DNA of 64,000 nt from SAR202 cluster bacterium (GTDB lineage: Bacteria > Chloroflexota > Dehalococcoidia > Lucifugimonadales > VXLM01): positions 8,353-72,352 of the forward strand of contig JAKUTR010000003.1 of assembly GCA_022448725.1 (NCBI GenBank), given 5' to 3'. Position numbers and translations under genes: made by a program. The notes under the pieces are model-generated. The model had not been told where the DNA came from and ran no database searches. It saw only the letters and a list, made by a program, of their open reading frames with translations. Position 1 is the first letter of the stretch. Each line of letters opens with the position of its first letter. Of the stretch, positions 19,328 through 29,068 are shown in pieces.

Positions 19328-20281
19328 GTGACTGAGATCCAGACCGCATTGGGACCAATAGACAGCAGTGATATGGGATTCACACTGAGCCACGAACACG
19401 TCGCCATTGGTTTCGCAAGTTCAACCCATTACCCGGAATTTAACGATCGCGACGCAACCTTTGAACGAGTTGTTAGGTACCTCTCGGAAGCCAAAACAGG
19501 TGGAGTAGATACAATACTAGATGTGGCTCCTCACGACCAAGCACGAGACGTCCGACTTCAAGCAGATGTCTCTCAGGCATCCGGTGTCAATATTGTCGTC
19601 TCCAGTGGGACATGGTTGGATGTGCCTTACTTATTTGAGTATGTTCCGATTGACCGCATAGCAGATTTCTACGTACGTGAGATAACCGAAGGAATAGACG
19701 GTACTAACATCAGGGCAGGTATCTTGAAATGTGCTAGCGACACAGGTGGTGTAACCTCCAACCAAGAACGCGTCCTTCGCGCCGCTGCCCGTGCTTCCAT
19801 GCGCACCAATGCCCCAATCATGACACACACTTATGCCCCTGACCGCGTCGGTGACCAACAGGTGGCTATTTTGAATGACGAAGGCATCGACATGAGTAGG
19901 ATATGCATTGGACACAGTAACGACTCTACGGATCTTAATTACTTAGAAGGCCTTTTGGAATCAGGTGTTTGGCTAGGCATGGACCGTAATCTGAAGCATG
20001 GTCAGACTCCCGATTGGCAAGTTCGGACCCAAATTGTAAAAACGCTGATTGACAGAGGCTGGGGTAACCGGATATTGATGGCCCACGATTACGATGTCGC
20101 CATTGGGTTGTTCACTCCAGAAGCCCGTGCCCAACGTGATGCCGATAACCCAGACGCGTGGCTGTTCATCTCACGCCACGTGCTACCGTATCTGAAGGAA
20201 TTGGGAGCCACCGATGCAGATATTAAAACCCTAATGATTGATAATCCCCGGCGATATATTGAGGGAGCTTTTCAGGTCTAA
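19328..20281 (+). CDS. Phosphotriesterase-family (PTE-like lactonase) amidohydrolase
   Basis: Metal ligands are present: HEH (FTLSHEHV), carboxylated-Lys context ILKCASD, MTHT, IGHSND, AHDYD. GTG 19328 has SD GGAGGA exactly 7 nt upstream. The track start at 19292 has none. Confidence 0.85.
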   Translation: MTEIQTALGPIDSSDMGFTLSHEHVAIGFASSTHYPEFNDRDATFERVVRYLSEAKTGGVDTILDVAPHDQARDVRLQADVSQASGVNIVVSSGTWLDVPYLFEYVPIDRIADFYVREITEGIDGTNIRAGILKCASDTGGVTSNQERVLRAAARASMRTNAPIMTHTYAPDRVGDQQVAILNDEGIDMSRICIGHSNDSTDLNYLEGLLESGVWLGMDRNLKHGQTPDWQVRTQIVKTLIDRGWGNRILMAHDYDVAIGLFTPEARAQRDADNPDAWLFISRHVLPYLKELGATDADIKTLMIDNPRRYIEGAFQV

Positions 20282-20459
20282 TCGATATTCCCAGGGCTTG
20301 CGTAACAGATCTCTAATTATAGGTTCGACCCTAGATCACTAGTAAGTGACCAGAAACTTGTGCACAAAGACCAATCAAAATGGAGATCCTAACTGATAAC
20401 AGCCTAGATATGGCCCCTGGATAGAGGATGTAAATTCCTGTTCTGCTGAAATCTCATTC

Positions 20460-20488
20460 TTGTTAGCACTAGACATAGTTTTTATAAT
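20460..20488 (+). promoter_or_regulatory. Candidate sigma70-type promoter for the thioredoxin-TPR gene
   Basis: TTGTTA (20460-20465), 17-nt spacer, TATAAT (20483-20488). It lies about 28 nt upstream of the SD/start. Confidence 0.4.
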
Positions 20489-20515
20489 TGAGTTCAAAGC
20501 AAGTTGGAGGGCAAA

Positions 20516-21328
20516 TTGGATAGCTACGACATTGATGATTTTACGGCAGATGTACTAGAACGAAGCTATCAAAACCCTATATTAGTGGACTTCTGGGCAG
20601 AATGGTGCGGTCCCTGCAAAATCATAGGTCCCGTGCTCGAAAGACTGGCCGAGCAAGCTAGTGATTGGGAACTCCGCAAATTAAACACAGAAAAACACCC
20701 TCAGGTCGCTGCACAATACCGAATTACTAGTATTCCCGCAGTAAAACTCTTCGTTGATGGAGAAGTTGAAGACGAGTTTACCGGAGCGCTACCTGAACAG
20801 ATGATTCAGAATTGGCTTACTAAAACTCTGCCCAGCAAAAATCGAGCGAAAGTCGCTCAAGCCCAACATCTCATATCCAGTCAACAGGTAGACAAGGCTC
20901 GTATAGTGCTTGAAGAAATTATTCGAGACGAACCCACTAACGACCATGCTAAAGTCCTCCTGGCACATATCGATATCTGGTCAAACTCGCCAAACGCTAC
21001 CGAACTTGCCAATCAAATCACCCTTGATTCAGAACATTCCGACACAGCACAAGCGATCAAAAAAATCGTAGCCCTATTTGACCATCTCGACGCTCCTGAA
21101 TTACTTGAGGAGTCCCCAATCAAGGAGCAGTATCTTCAAGCGATAAACTTTCTCATACAACAGAACTTCACGGGTGCTCTTGAAATGTTTATCGAAGTCA
21201 TCAAGCGTAACCGCTACTATGACAGTGACGGTTCACGGGAAGCCTGCATAGCAATCTTTAACCTGCTTGGGGAAGATCACGAAACGACACGCACCTACCG
21301 CAGCCTCTTTAGCAACTCTCTCTACTAA
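20516..21328 (+). CDS. Thioredoxin-domain protein with C-terminal TPR-like domain (YbbN/CnoX-like)
   Basis: Active site WAEWCGPCK, followed by an approximately 160-aa helical repeat region. TTG 20516 follows SD GGAGGG; the track start is TTG 20504. Confidence 0.85.
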   Translation: MDSYDIDDFTADVLERSYQNPILVDFWAEWCGPCKIIGPVLERLAEQASDWELRKLNTEKHPQVAAQYRITSIPAVKLFVDGEVEDEFTGALPEQMIQNWLTKTLPSKNRAKVAQAQHLISSQQVDKARIVLEEIIRDEPTNDHAKVLLAHIDIWSNSPNATELANQITLDSEHSDTAQAIKKIVALFDHLDAPELLEESPIKEQYLQAINFLIQQNFTGALEMFIEVIKRNRYYDSDGSREACIAIFNLLGEDHETTRTYRSLFSNSLY

Positions 21329-22017
21329 CTATCGCTTAATATCGAGTGCGCCTGAATCCGCAATCGGTCACGGTCGTTGAGCAGAGGCCCGACTTGATCC
21401 ACAAATTCCTTCATTGTCTGTTCCGGTGTCGACTCTGATGTATCAATCGTGATTCTGTAACGTAGCATCGAATACTTTGTAAAGAATTCTGTTCGCTCCA
21501 CAACATGGTCGACATCCTCATCACGTAAATAGCCTCTTTCATGAGGAGTATCCGTCAACCGAGTTCGAATTGCGTCTGGGGAACATTTCAGATACACAAG
21601 TATGGTATCTGGGGCCATCTCCATTATGTGTCTTTCAAGACTCCGCACCATGCCTTGACGGTCTCCATATTCACCTGCCTTACCGTAGCCATAGTAAAGA
21701 GGCGCATAAACTGCCTCTTCGATATGGAACCCGATAAGAATGTGATCGGAATCATCGTAAAGCTGTTTTTCGAGGTGATAGGAGAACTGGTAGCGAGAGA
21801 ACATCTCCTTCAGCTCCGGTCCGAGGTCCATAAATTTTTTGAGATCCTCCTCAGGAATCTCGTCCCAGTGTCCCACCCACGGGAGCATAAAATGATCGTG
21901 GTATGAAACGATCCCAAGGGGAGTCGCTGGTCCCATAACCTCGTTGCGCCAAGCTACTATATTCTCAGCAAGGGTAGTTTTCCCGGCATATTCTGGCCCA
22001 ACAATGATCAGTCGCAT
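21325..22017 (-). CDS. P-loop NTPase/kinase-like protein of unknown specificity
   Basis: Walker A GPEYAGKTT at the N-terminus. SD AGGGGGA 4 nt upstream. No further family was recognised. Confidence 0.6.
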   Translation of the reverse strand: MRLIIVGPEYAGKTTLAENIVAWRNEVMGPATPLGIVSYHDHFMLPWVGHWDEIPEEDLKKFMDLGPELKEMFSRYQFSYHLEKQLYDDSDHILIGFHIEEAVYAPLYYGYGKAGEYGDRQGMVRSLERHIMEMAPDTILVYLKCSPDAIRTRLTDTPHERGYLRDEDVDHVVERTEFFTKYSMLRYRITIDTSESTPEQTMKEFVDQVGPLLNDRDRLRIQAHSILSDS

Positions 22018-22118
22018 AATATCCCCCTATTCGCTCTCGCACATTAATGAACTCGCATGTATTTAGGTTAAGCAGGTGTCTACTTTACGTTTTACAACCG
22101 TAGCCTTAATCTTAAGCC

Positions 22119-23054
22119 TCATCCTAAAGATGGCCATCCAAAACCTTCTACAATAGTGCGTAGTTCCGCCATCTCAGCATCGTTCAATGGTTTGGAGGGT
22201 GGCCTTGATGATCCCACAGGCTTCCCTAAAATCGCCATTATCCCTTTCATCGGCCTACCTTGACCGCCTGAACGTTCATTGACCTTGGATCCAAATTCCC
22301 GCAGCGGGCCCTGGACACTCCGGTAGAGTTGCTCGGCCTCGTCATATTTACCTTCAAGCATAAGGTCATACACCTTAAGGTCATGTGCAGGATTCGCTTC
22401 GACAGTGGTCTGGACAAATCCGTGACCACCAAGCTTGTGGCAGCGTACAGGATCTACAGTATTGTCGATGATGTTGAATCGATCAACGAACTGCTCCATT
22501 TCCTCGTATACCTGACCATCACCGTGAGGGCTCCACTTGATCGCTACAACGTGTTCAAAGTCTCGCATACGGTTAAAAGTGTCGGTTTCTATACGCCCAC
22601 CTTTCATCCAATGCGTGTGATAGACCATGATCCCAATATTTATAGCATCTGATAGGTCACCATAGTAATCCAGAATGTCTTTTTGACTTGGGTCGTTAAA
22701 AATTGGAGGGCAAACTTGGAGGGCAACAGCTCCCATATCCTGTGCCTTCTTCGCATCTTCAATCGTGCGAAGAGTATCTTTGTAGTGCAGTCCACACATG
22801 ATCGTTGACTTACCACCTGTCGCCTGCACAGCTGTTCTCAGCAAGGCTGGCCACTCTTCATCACGCAACATCGGTCCTTCACCAGCAGCAGCGCCGATCT
22901 TTATGATTCCGCGCCCTTTCACAATTCCACTATCAGCCCACCACTGAGACAGTTCGTACATCAAACCGTGGTCAACTTCATAATCATCATCAAAAGGGGT
23001 TGCGACAGCGGCCGCCGGGCCAACTATCAGTTCACGTAATTCTGCTTGATTCAT
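22119..23054 (-). CDS. Dihydrodipicolinate synthase/N-acetylneuraminate lyase family protein (paralog of 14640-15575)
   Basis: Start trimmed to MNQAELREL (SD GGAGG). It shares long blocks with 14640-15575 (HYKDTLRTIEDAK, VAIKWSP, FNIIDN, LGGHGFV, MLEGKYDEAE). Confidence 0.85.
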   Translation of the reverse strand: MNQAELRELIVGPAAAVATPFDDDYEVDHGLMYELSQWWADSGIVKGRGIIKIGAAAGEGPMLRDEEWPALLRTAVQATGGKSTIMCGLHYKDTLRTIEDAKKAQDMGAVALQVCPPIFNDPSQKDILDYYGDLSDAINIGIMVYHTHWMKGGRIETDTFNRMRDFEHVVAIKWSPHGDGQVYEEMEQFVDRFNIIDNTVDPVRCHKLGGHGFVQTTVEANPAHDLKVYDLMLEGKYDEAEQLYRSVQGPLREFGSKVNERSGGQGRPMKGIMAILGKPVGSSRPPSKPLNDAEMAELRTIVEGFGWPSLG

Positions 23055-23182
23055 CCTGCCTCCAAACACCTATCTCAAAGTGGCGTGAGTGTAAGACTGC
23101 CCCCCGTTTGTGTCAATGAGAATGCACGCCAAAAGTCTGCAACAGCTATACTAGCCCTCATTCTAAGTCGTAGAGGCTATAC

Positions 23183-24859
23183 GTGATCCAGACAGACAAC
23201 GGATCTTCCAACGACTTCATTCGCGATAAAGTCTCAGACGATAATCGCACTGGAAAGTTCTCCGGCGCGGTCGTTACGCGCTTCCCACCTGAACCCAACG
23301 GGTACCTTCATATCGGACATGCAAAATCCGCATGTTTGAACTTTGGCCTTGCCGCAGAAAATAATGGACGGTGCCACTTACGCTTTGATGACACTAACCC
23401 CGCAAAAGAGGAAGAAGAGTACGTCGAAGCAATAATGGAGGATGTCAGGTGGCTAGGATGGAGCTGGGGTGAACACCTCTACTTCGCATCAGATCATTTC
23501 GACAAGTTATACGAGTTCGCTCTAACACTGGTTAGCAGTGGACATGCGTACGTGGACGATCTAACCCAAGATCAGATCCGCGAGTATCGTGGCACACTTA
23601 CAAAACCTGGCCGCGAGAGTCCATGCCGTAATCGCTCAGTTGCGGAAAACTTGGACTTATTCAAACGCATGCGAAAAGGCGAGTTTGAAGAAGGTCAGAA
23701 GGTCTTACGTGCAAAGATCAACATGTCTTCTGGCAACATCAACATGCGCGACCCTGTGTTATACCGAATTCTCAAAGTCTCGCACCATCGTACTGGCGAC
23801 AAATGGTGTATATACCCGATGTACGACTTCGCGCATGGTCAAAGCGACTCGATTGAGGGTGTTACTCACTCGATCTGCACAATGGAGTACGAGGATCATC
23901 GACCACTTTACGACTGGATACTGGAAACCTTAGGCGTTTACAAACCTGAGCAAACTGAGTTTGCGCGCCTAAACCTAACTCATACAGTTCTGAGCAAGCG
24001 TAAACTAGTCCAGTTAGTTGAAGACGGTAAAGTAACTGGCTGGGACGACCCTCGCATGCCAACCCTTGCTGGCATGCGGCGGAGGGGCTATCCCCCTGAA
24101 GCCATCCGCAGTTTCTGCGATCAGGTAGGAGTCGCCAAACGCCAAAACACCATTGAATTTGCGATGCTTGAGCACGCTGTCCGCGATCAACTAAATAAGA
24201 CTGCCCCACGTGTCATGGCTGTGTTGCACCCTCTAAAAGTAGTAATCACGAACTACCCGGAGGCCCAAGTTGAGTACCTCGAAGCAACCAACAATCCAGA
24301 GGACCCTGATGCCGGATCCCGTAAGTTGCCATTCTCTCGTGAATTATACATTGAGAGAGAGGACTTCATGGAGGATCCTCCCAACAAATTCTTCCGACTA
24401 TCACCTGGTCGGGAAGTAAGACTACGGTATGGATATTTTGTTACTTGCACAGATGTAGTAAAGAACGATGCTGGGGAAATCATTGAAATACAGTGTACTT
24501 ACGACCCAGAGACACATGGCGGGCAAGCGCCAGATGGGCGTAAAGTTAAAGGTACGATTCACTGGGTATCAGCACAACATGCAGTAAATGCACTCTCTCG
24601 TCTGTATAACCCTCTATTCAACGTCGAACATCCCGATAAAGAAGATGACTTTATCAAACACCTCAATCCCGATTCGATCACTGTAGAGGACGACTCTAAA
24701 GTGGAGCCCAGCCTTACACAAGCGGAGCCAGGTTCAACAGTCCAGTTTGAAAGGCTTGGGTACTTTACGGTAGACCCTGATTCACAACCGGGTGCACTTG
24801 TTTTCAACCAGACGGTGACCTTGCGTGACTCTTGGAGTAAAAAACAACACCAAAAATAG
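23183..24859 (+). CDS. glnS: Glutamine--tRNA ligase
   Basis: Class I HIGH (GYLHIGHAK) and VLSKRK (KMSKS-type) motifs, and GlnRS-specific blocks ([22 protein letters not shown]). GTG start. Confidence 0.95.
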   Translation: MIQTDNGSSNDFIRDKVSDDNRTGKFSGAVVTRFPPEPNGYLHIGHAKSACLNFGLAAENNGRCHLRFDDTNPAKEEEEYVEAIMEDVRWLGWSWGEHLYFASDHFDKLYEFALTLVSSGHAYVDDLTQDQIREYRGTLTKPGRESPCRNRSVAENLDLFKRMRKGEFEEGQKVLRAKINMSSGNINMRDPVLYRILKVSHHRTGDKWCIYPMYDFAHGQSDSIEGVTHSICTMEYEDHRPLYDWILETLGVYKPEQTEFARLNLTHTVLSKRKLVQLVEDGKVTGWDDPRMPTLAGMRRRGYPPEAIRSFCDQVGVAKRQNTIEFAMLEHAVRDQLNKTAPRVMAVLHPLKVVITNYPEAQVEYLEATNNPEDPDAGSRKLPFSRELYIEREDFMEDPPNKFFRLSPGREVRLRYGYFVTCTDVVKNDAGEIIEIQCTYDPETHGGQAPDGRKVKGTIHWVSAQHAVNALSRLYNPLFNVEHPDKEDDFIKHLNPDSITVEDDSKVEPSLTQAEPGSTVQFERLGYFTVDPDSQPGALVFNQTVTLRDSWSKKQHQK

Positions 24860-24871
24860 GAGTTATCGACA

Positions 24872-26434
24872 ATGAACCGACCTCCAGATTACGGCATCAT
24901 TCACAACTGGGATGGTGCGCCACATGGGCTCAGCGAGTACCCCCAATCCATGGAGCAATTCCTAGATAAGACCTATGCGCCAATGATTGATACACAAGTT
25001 GGTGCTCATTTTTGGTGTATAGGTGAGCACACCGCCCGGTACCAAAGTGACATACTCGAACCTCTGAGTAACCGTGAATACCACAGCGCCCACAACTACA
25101 ATTTCGACGAGAACGTTTTTGGAATGGTAGAGCGTGGTGAGGACCCACAGGCAGAGACAATAACCCGCGGACATGAGTTGGGCAAACATGTTTACGTATC
25201 AGTCCGAATGAATGATAACCACTTCCACGGTGCCCAGCCGAAAGACTTGCTAACTATGAGCAACCATGTACCTCGCAACTCAGACCATGTCCCAGGTGTA
25301 ACGCAGATGCGCCGCGACCACCCTGAGTGGCTCCTTGGGGACAGAGCCGCATCGGACTGGTTTGCACTCTCATGGAATATGGCTGTCCCCGAAGTTCGTA
25401 AGCATAGACTCGAACACGTGACGGAGGTTTGCAGCCGATGGGACTGGGATGGAGTTGAGCTGGACTGGCAGCGCCATGGGTTTCATCTCGACAAAGAGAT
25501 GGGGTTCAGACTTCGCTACACGATCACCGATCTGCAACGCTCCATAAGGGAAATGACGAATCGCCTATCCGAGAAGCGAGGTAAACCCTTTTATGTCGCA
25601 GCACGTGTATCCGGCACTCTGGAGATGTGTAAACGCATCGGGTACGACATCCCCACTTGGGTTGACGAAGGTCTTGTCGACATCCTCATACCATCTGCTA
25701 GTTCAGGTACAGATCCATTAATTGATATAGCGAGTTTTAAAGAACTAACTGATGGTACCGATATATCTGTATACGGCTGCATTTACGGTAGCGTGGCAGG
25801 AGCCGAAGACGGTCCGGAGGATGAAAAGACCAAGCGTGAACTTACGATACGCGGCATCGCCAGTCGTCACTGGCATGAAGGTGCAGATGGGATCTACGTT
25901 TTCAACTACCCAAGTGATGGTAACGAGCGCCGCGACACAACCACTACTATGGGTTCTCCGGAAACATTGAAAAATCAAGACAAGATCTATGCTGCGACCG
26001 TACGCTATAGACGGGAAACAGGCCAATGGCGAGGTGCCGCAATAAATGATCGAATATATGCTGAGGTCCCCGTGCCATTGGTGGACACCATCAGTAAAGA
26101 CGGCCCTTCAATCCCTCTTACAATTGCCGATGATTTCTCGGTGGCTCCCCCAAAGAACTTAACCCTACGGCTCAAGCTAACAGACTGGGTAAAGGGTGAT
26201 GTAGTAGAGGTTACATGGGATGGTGAACCCCTACCCGAACCAACTCACACATACGCGGACGTGCAAAGGTCACACGGTAACGACACCAGCAGCGCAATTT
26301 GGCAGTCATATGATTTGGAGTCTAAACAGGTGGGTATAGGCGAACACACCGTCAAGGTCGTCCTACACGAGCGAAACCCTAAGCTACTTATAGACATCAT
26401 CCTAACCAACGTGGAATTGGTAGTTCGCTACTAA
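24872..26434 (+). CDS. Hypothetical protein, possible glycoside-hydrolase-like TIM-barrel fold
   Basis: 520-aa ORF 12 bp after glnS. The block WDWDGVELDWQRHGFHL resembles GH-like (GHL) barrel proteins. The family call is weak. Confidence 0.45.
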   Translation: MNRPPDYGIIHNWDGAPHGLSEYPQSMEQFLDKTYAPMIDTQVGAHFWCIGEHTARYQSDILEPLSNREYHSAHNYNFDENVFGMVERGEDPQAETITRGHELGKHVYVSVRMNDNHFHGAQPKDLLTMSNHVPRNSDHVPGVTQMRRDHPEWLLGDRAASDWFALSWNMAVPEVRKHRLEHVTEVCSRWDWDGVELDWQRHGFHLDKEMGFRLRYTITDLQRSIREMTNRLSEKRGKPFYVAARVSGTLEMCKRIGYDIPTWVDEGLVDILIPSASSGTDPLIDIASFKELTDGTDISVYGCIYGSVAGAEDGPEDEKTKRELTIRGIASRHWHEGADGIYVFNYPSDGNERRDTTTTMGSPETLKNQDKIYAATVRYRRETGQWRGAAINDRIYAEVPVPLVDTISKDGPSIPLTIADDFSVAPPKNLTLRLKLTDWVKGDVVEVTWDGEPLPEPTHTYADVQRSHGNDTSSAIWQSYDLESKQVGIGEHTVKVVLHERNPKLLIDIILTNVELVVRY

Positions 26435-26448
26435 CAGTTTCACCAGTG

Positions 26449-26466
26449 AATATGGCACGCCATATT
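26449..26466. terminator. Candidate weak bidirectional hairpin between convergent genes
   Basis: Inverted repeat AATATGG-cacg-CCATATT in the 39-bp convergent spacer. The stem is AT-rich and there is no clear U-tract. Confidence 0.25.
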
Positions 26467-26473
26467 TGGACAC

Positions 26474-27940
26474 CTAGCGGCGCCGCTTCCGTTCGCGGAT
26501 TGCCATTGCTGTAACCATTCCGACCAAGCCAAAAGCCAACACCCCATCTACTGGACTCCCCTCAACTATCCTGCATGAATTCCCACTCACTGACGATTCT
26601 TCCTCGGAATGGCTAAAACCTCCGTGAACGGCAGTGGATGCCGGTGCTCCGTCCAAGTTGGTTATTGCATCCTGAGCTTGGTCGGAAATAACTTTTGACC
26701 CAGATTGCTGATCGGGCGAGGCGTTCGGACCTATGCTCCCTACAAACTGACCTTGAGGATGTCGTTGGAGAGTGTAGGGTAACCGAGTAGGAATAGGTAT
26801 TGGAGTCGGTCGGTTGGCAAATTGATATGGCGATTCGTACAAATCAACTCCAACGCTATCACGCCACCTGTTTTCTATTCCGGTGCGATCGAGACCGTAT
26901 GTCTGCTTTAAAGCATCGTCAATCTTGGCACCACCTTTATGGAGGGCAAGAAACTGACGCATCGTATCCGGGCCAAAATCTTCGATCATCATCTGCACTA
27001 TCGCCTCAGCCTGCCCGTAAAAGAGGAGAACATCATTCGGACGGCCTGGCAGACTACCCATATGGGTTACAGGAAGTACATCATTACGTCGTATTCCCGC
27101 CTTCAGAGCTGAGGAATAACTGGATTGATGCCCCTCACTCCCATACTCTGCTAATCCCTCCTGTAGCCACGGTGGTACTTTGCGAACAATTCCGTCGCCG
27201 GCTCGGCTCACAAGGATATGAATTACCTCGTGTGAAGTTGTTGCTTTGAGATTGTTACTCCCAAGTACTAGAAGGGTTCCGTACCTCGTGAATGCTTGAC
27301 CGTCGGTAATAAGATGTTGGTCAAGCGCTCTGCTCGATGACAAGGTAGCCCGCCGCATCTCAGCCAATGTACTACAAAGTGTGATAGATATCGGTGTGTT
27401 AGTACCTGAACCTAGCAACGGCCCAACAGACGCAATGGTCTTAACTGCAGTATCAAGAGTGATCCGCGCCCGATCTACATCTCCATGGAAAAAGACTGTC
27501 ACTGATCCATCAGAGATCTCGTCCCATTCAAAGCGGGGATCGTGGTAAACAAATTGCTCCTGAGGTGTCTCTAATCGATTACCAGCAGAATCTGAAATCT
27601 CGAAGTTGTAGTGAATAGCAGTACCAGGCGGAATGTAATTGGCAACGGTGTTAGTTCGCCATAACAATTCACCGGAAACCAGGGTACCTTCTTGGAACTT
27701 AAGATAGTCGTACCCACCGCGTGCTTGTTGTGCGATGTGCAGACGGATCGCAATGGACGTAATCTCGTGTTGACTTCGTGCTCTGACTTTGATTCGAAAG
27801 CCCTCAGGAAACTCACTGGTGACATCTACATCTTCTAAAACAATCCCAGAAGATGCGGCCTGAGTGGTTATCGTCATCGCAGAAAAACTCGCGACGACAA
27901 AAACTATGATCAGCAATGACTGTATTACACGCATCACCAC
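26474..27940 (-). CDS. Secreted HExxH metallopeptidase-like protein with C-terminal TM/Arg-rich anchor signal
   Basis: N-terminal signal peptide (LLIIVFVVASFSAMTITTQAASS). Zinc motif HEVIH. The C-terminus is GSPVDGVLAFGLVGMVTAMAIRERKRRR. Confidence 0.6.
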   Translation of the reverse strand: MVMRVIQSLLIIVFVVASFSAMTITTQAASSGIVLEDVDVTSEFPEGFRIKVRARSQHEITSIAIRLHIAQQARGGYDYLKFQEGTLVSGELLWRTNTVANYIPPGTAIHYNFEISDSAGNRLETPQEQFVYHDPRFEWDEISDGSVTVFFHGDVDRARITLDTAVKTIASVGPLLGSGTNTPISITLCSTLAEMRRATLSSSRALDQHLITDGQAFTRYGTLLVLGSNNLKATTSHEVIHILVSRAGDGIVRKVPPWLQEGLAEYGSEGHQSSYSSALKAGIRRNDVLPVTHMGSLPGRPNDVLLFYGQAEAIVQMMIEDFGPDTMRQFLALHKGGAKIDDALKQTYGLDRTGIENRWRDSVGVDLYESPYQFANRPTPIPIPTRLPYTLQRHPQGQFVGSIGPNASPDQQSGSKVISDQAQDAITNLDGAPASTAVHGGFSHSEEESSVSGNSCRIVEGSPVDGVLAFGLVGMVTAMAIRERKRRR

Positions 27941-28005
27941 GTTACCTTACATCAGGTACAACGTGAGAGGCCTCTAAGTGTTGGTAGCGACGTTACAATT
28001 CTGAT

Positions 28006-28968
28006 TCATAGAACCACGTTTTGAGGTCGCCCATCCAAAAAGGCAATTACATTGCTCACTGCACCCTCATTCAGTAACTCTATTCCCTCCGGAGTTTGAT
28101 CAGCAATGTGGGGAGTTAGAACAACCTGCTCACAAGTAAGAATCGGGTGATCATGAGGCAAAGGTTCGTTATCAAAAACATCAAGCCCCGCACCTGCAAG
28201 GTGTCCGGAGTTTAGTGAATCGACTAATGCATCGGTAGCGACCAACTCTCCACGACCAGCATTAATTAGAATTGCCCCGGGCTTCATGAGAGCTAATTCC
28301 CTCGCCCCAATCATCTCTCTACTTTCATCACTAAGTCGGACATGTAAACTTACAACATCTGACTCACGCAACAGTTGGTCAAGCTCAACAAATTCAACCC
28401 CTAGCTCGGCTGCTCTCTGAGGAGATGGGTTGTATGTCCAGGCGAGACATCGCATACCTATACTGTTAGCTATACGAGCAACTTCTCGTCCAACGTTACC
28501 TGTCCCAATAACACCTAGAGTCTTACCTTGTATGTGAACATTCGGCATAGTCCCCCAACGTCCTGCTTTGAGTTCAGCGGTCTGGTACGCAGTCCTTTTA
28601 GCAGTTGCAAACATCAGACCAATTATGTGCTCCGCTACAACAGGCGCAGTTCTTCCTGGCTGATTACTGACAACGATCCCCAATTCATGGGCTACCGGGA
28701 TATCGATCATGTCCACACCGATAGAACATGTTGCTATCATCTTCAATTCAGGAAGAGCACGTAAGGCGTCCTCGTACCATTTGATAGCCCCGCGGGTGTT
28801 GATGATCACTTGAGCACCTTCAGCACGGGCTAGTTGTTCGTCCATACTCTTTGGTCTGTCAGTGAAGACGTCAATAGAACCATAGGATTCAAGACGCTTT
28901 AAATGTACCGAACCCTGTATCTGAGCGGGCTCATCTCCAGGTACAACGAACTTGGGTTTATCAATCAT
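28006..28968 (-). CDS. D-isomer-specific 2-hydroxyacid dehydrogenase (glycerate/phosphoglycerate dehydrogenase-like)
   Basis: NAD motif GVIGTGNVGREVA, catalytic R...E...H pattern (NAGRGELV, TPHIA). SD AAGGAG 8 nt upstream. Confidence 0.85.
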   Translation of the reverse strand: MIDKPKFVVPGDEPAQIQGSVHLKRLESYGSIDVFTDRPKSMDEQLARAEGAQVIINTRGAIKWYEDALRALPELKMIATCSIGVDMIDIPVAHELGIVVSNQPGRTAPVVAEHIIGLMFATAKRTAYQTAELKAGRWGTMPNVHIQGKTLGVIGTGNVGREVARIANSIGMRCLAWTYNPSPQRAAELGVEFVELDQLLRESDVVSLHVRLSDESREMIGARELALMKPGAILINAGRGELVATDALVDSLNSGHLAGAGLDVFDNEPLPHDHPILTCEQVVLTPHIADQTPEGIELLNEGAVSNVIAFLDGRPQNVVL

Positions 28969-29068
28969 GGACCAGGCTCCTTATTAAGCTGTTGCGAGGC
29001 TACCGATGGACTCAGCACAAGTCAACCAACAAACAGTGGTTTCTGAGTAATCGGTATGCTCAGCATAT

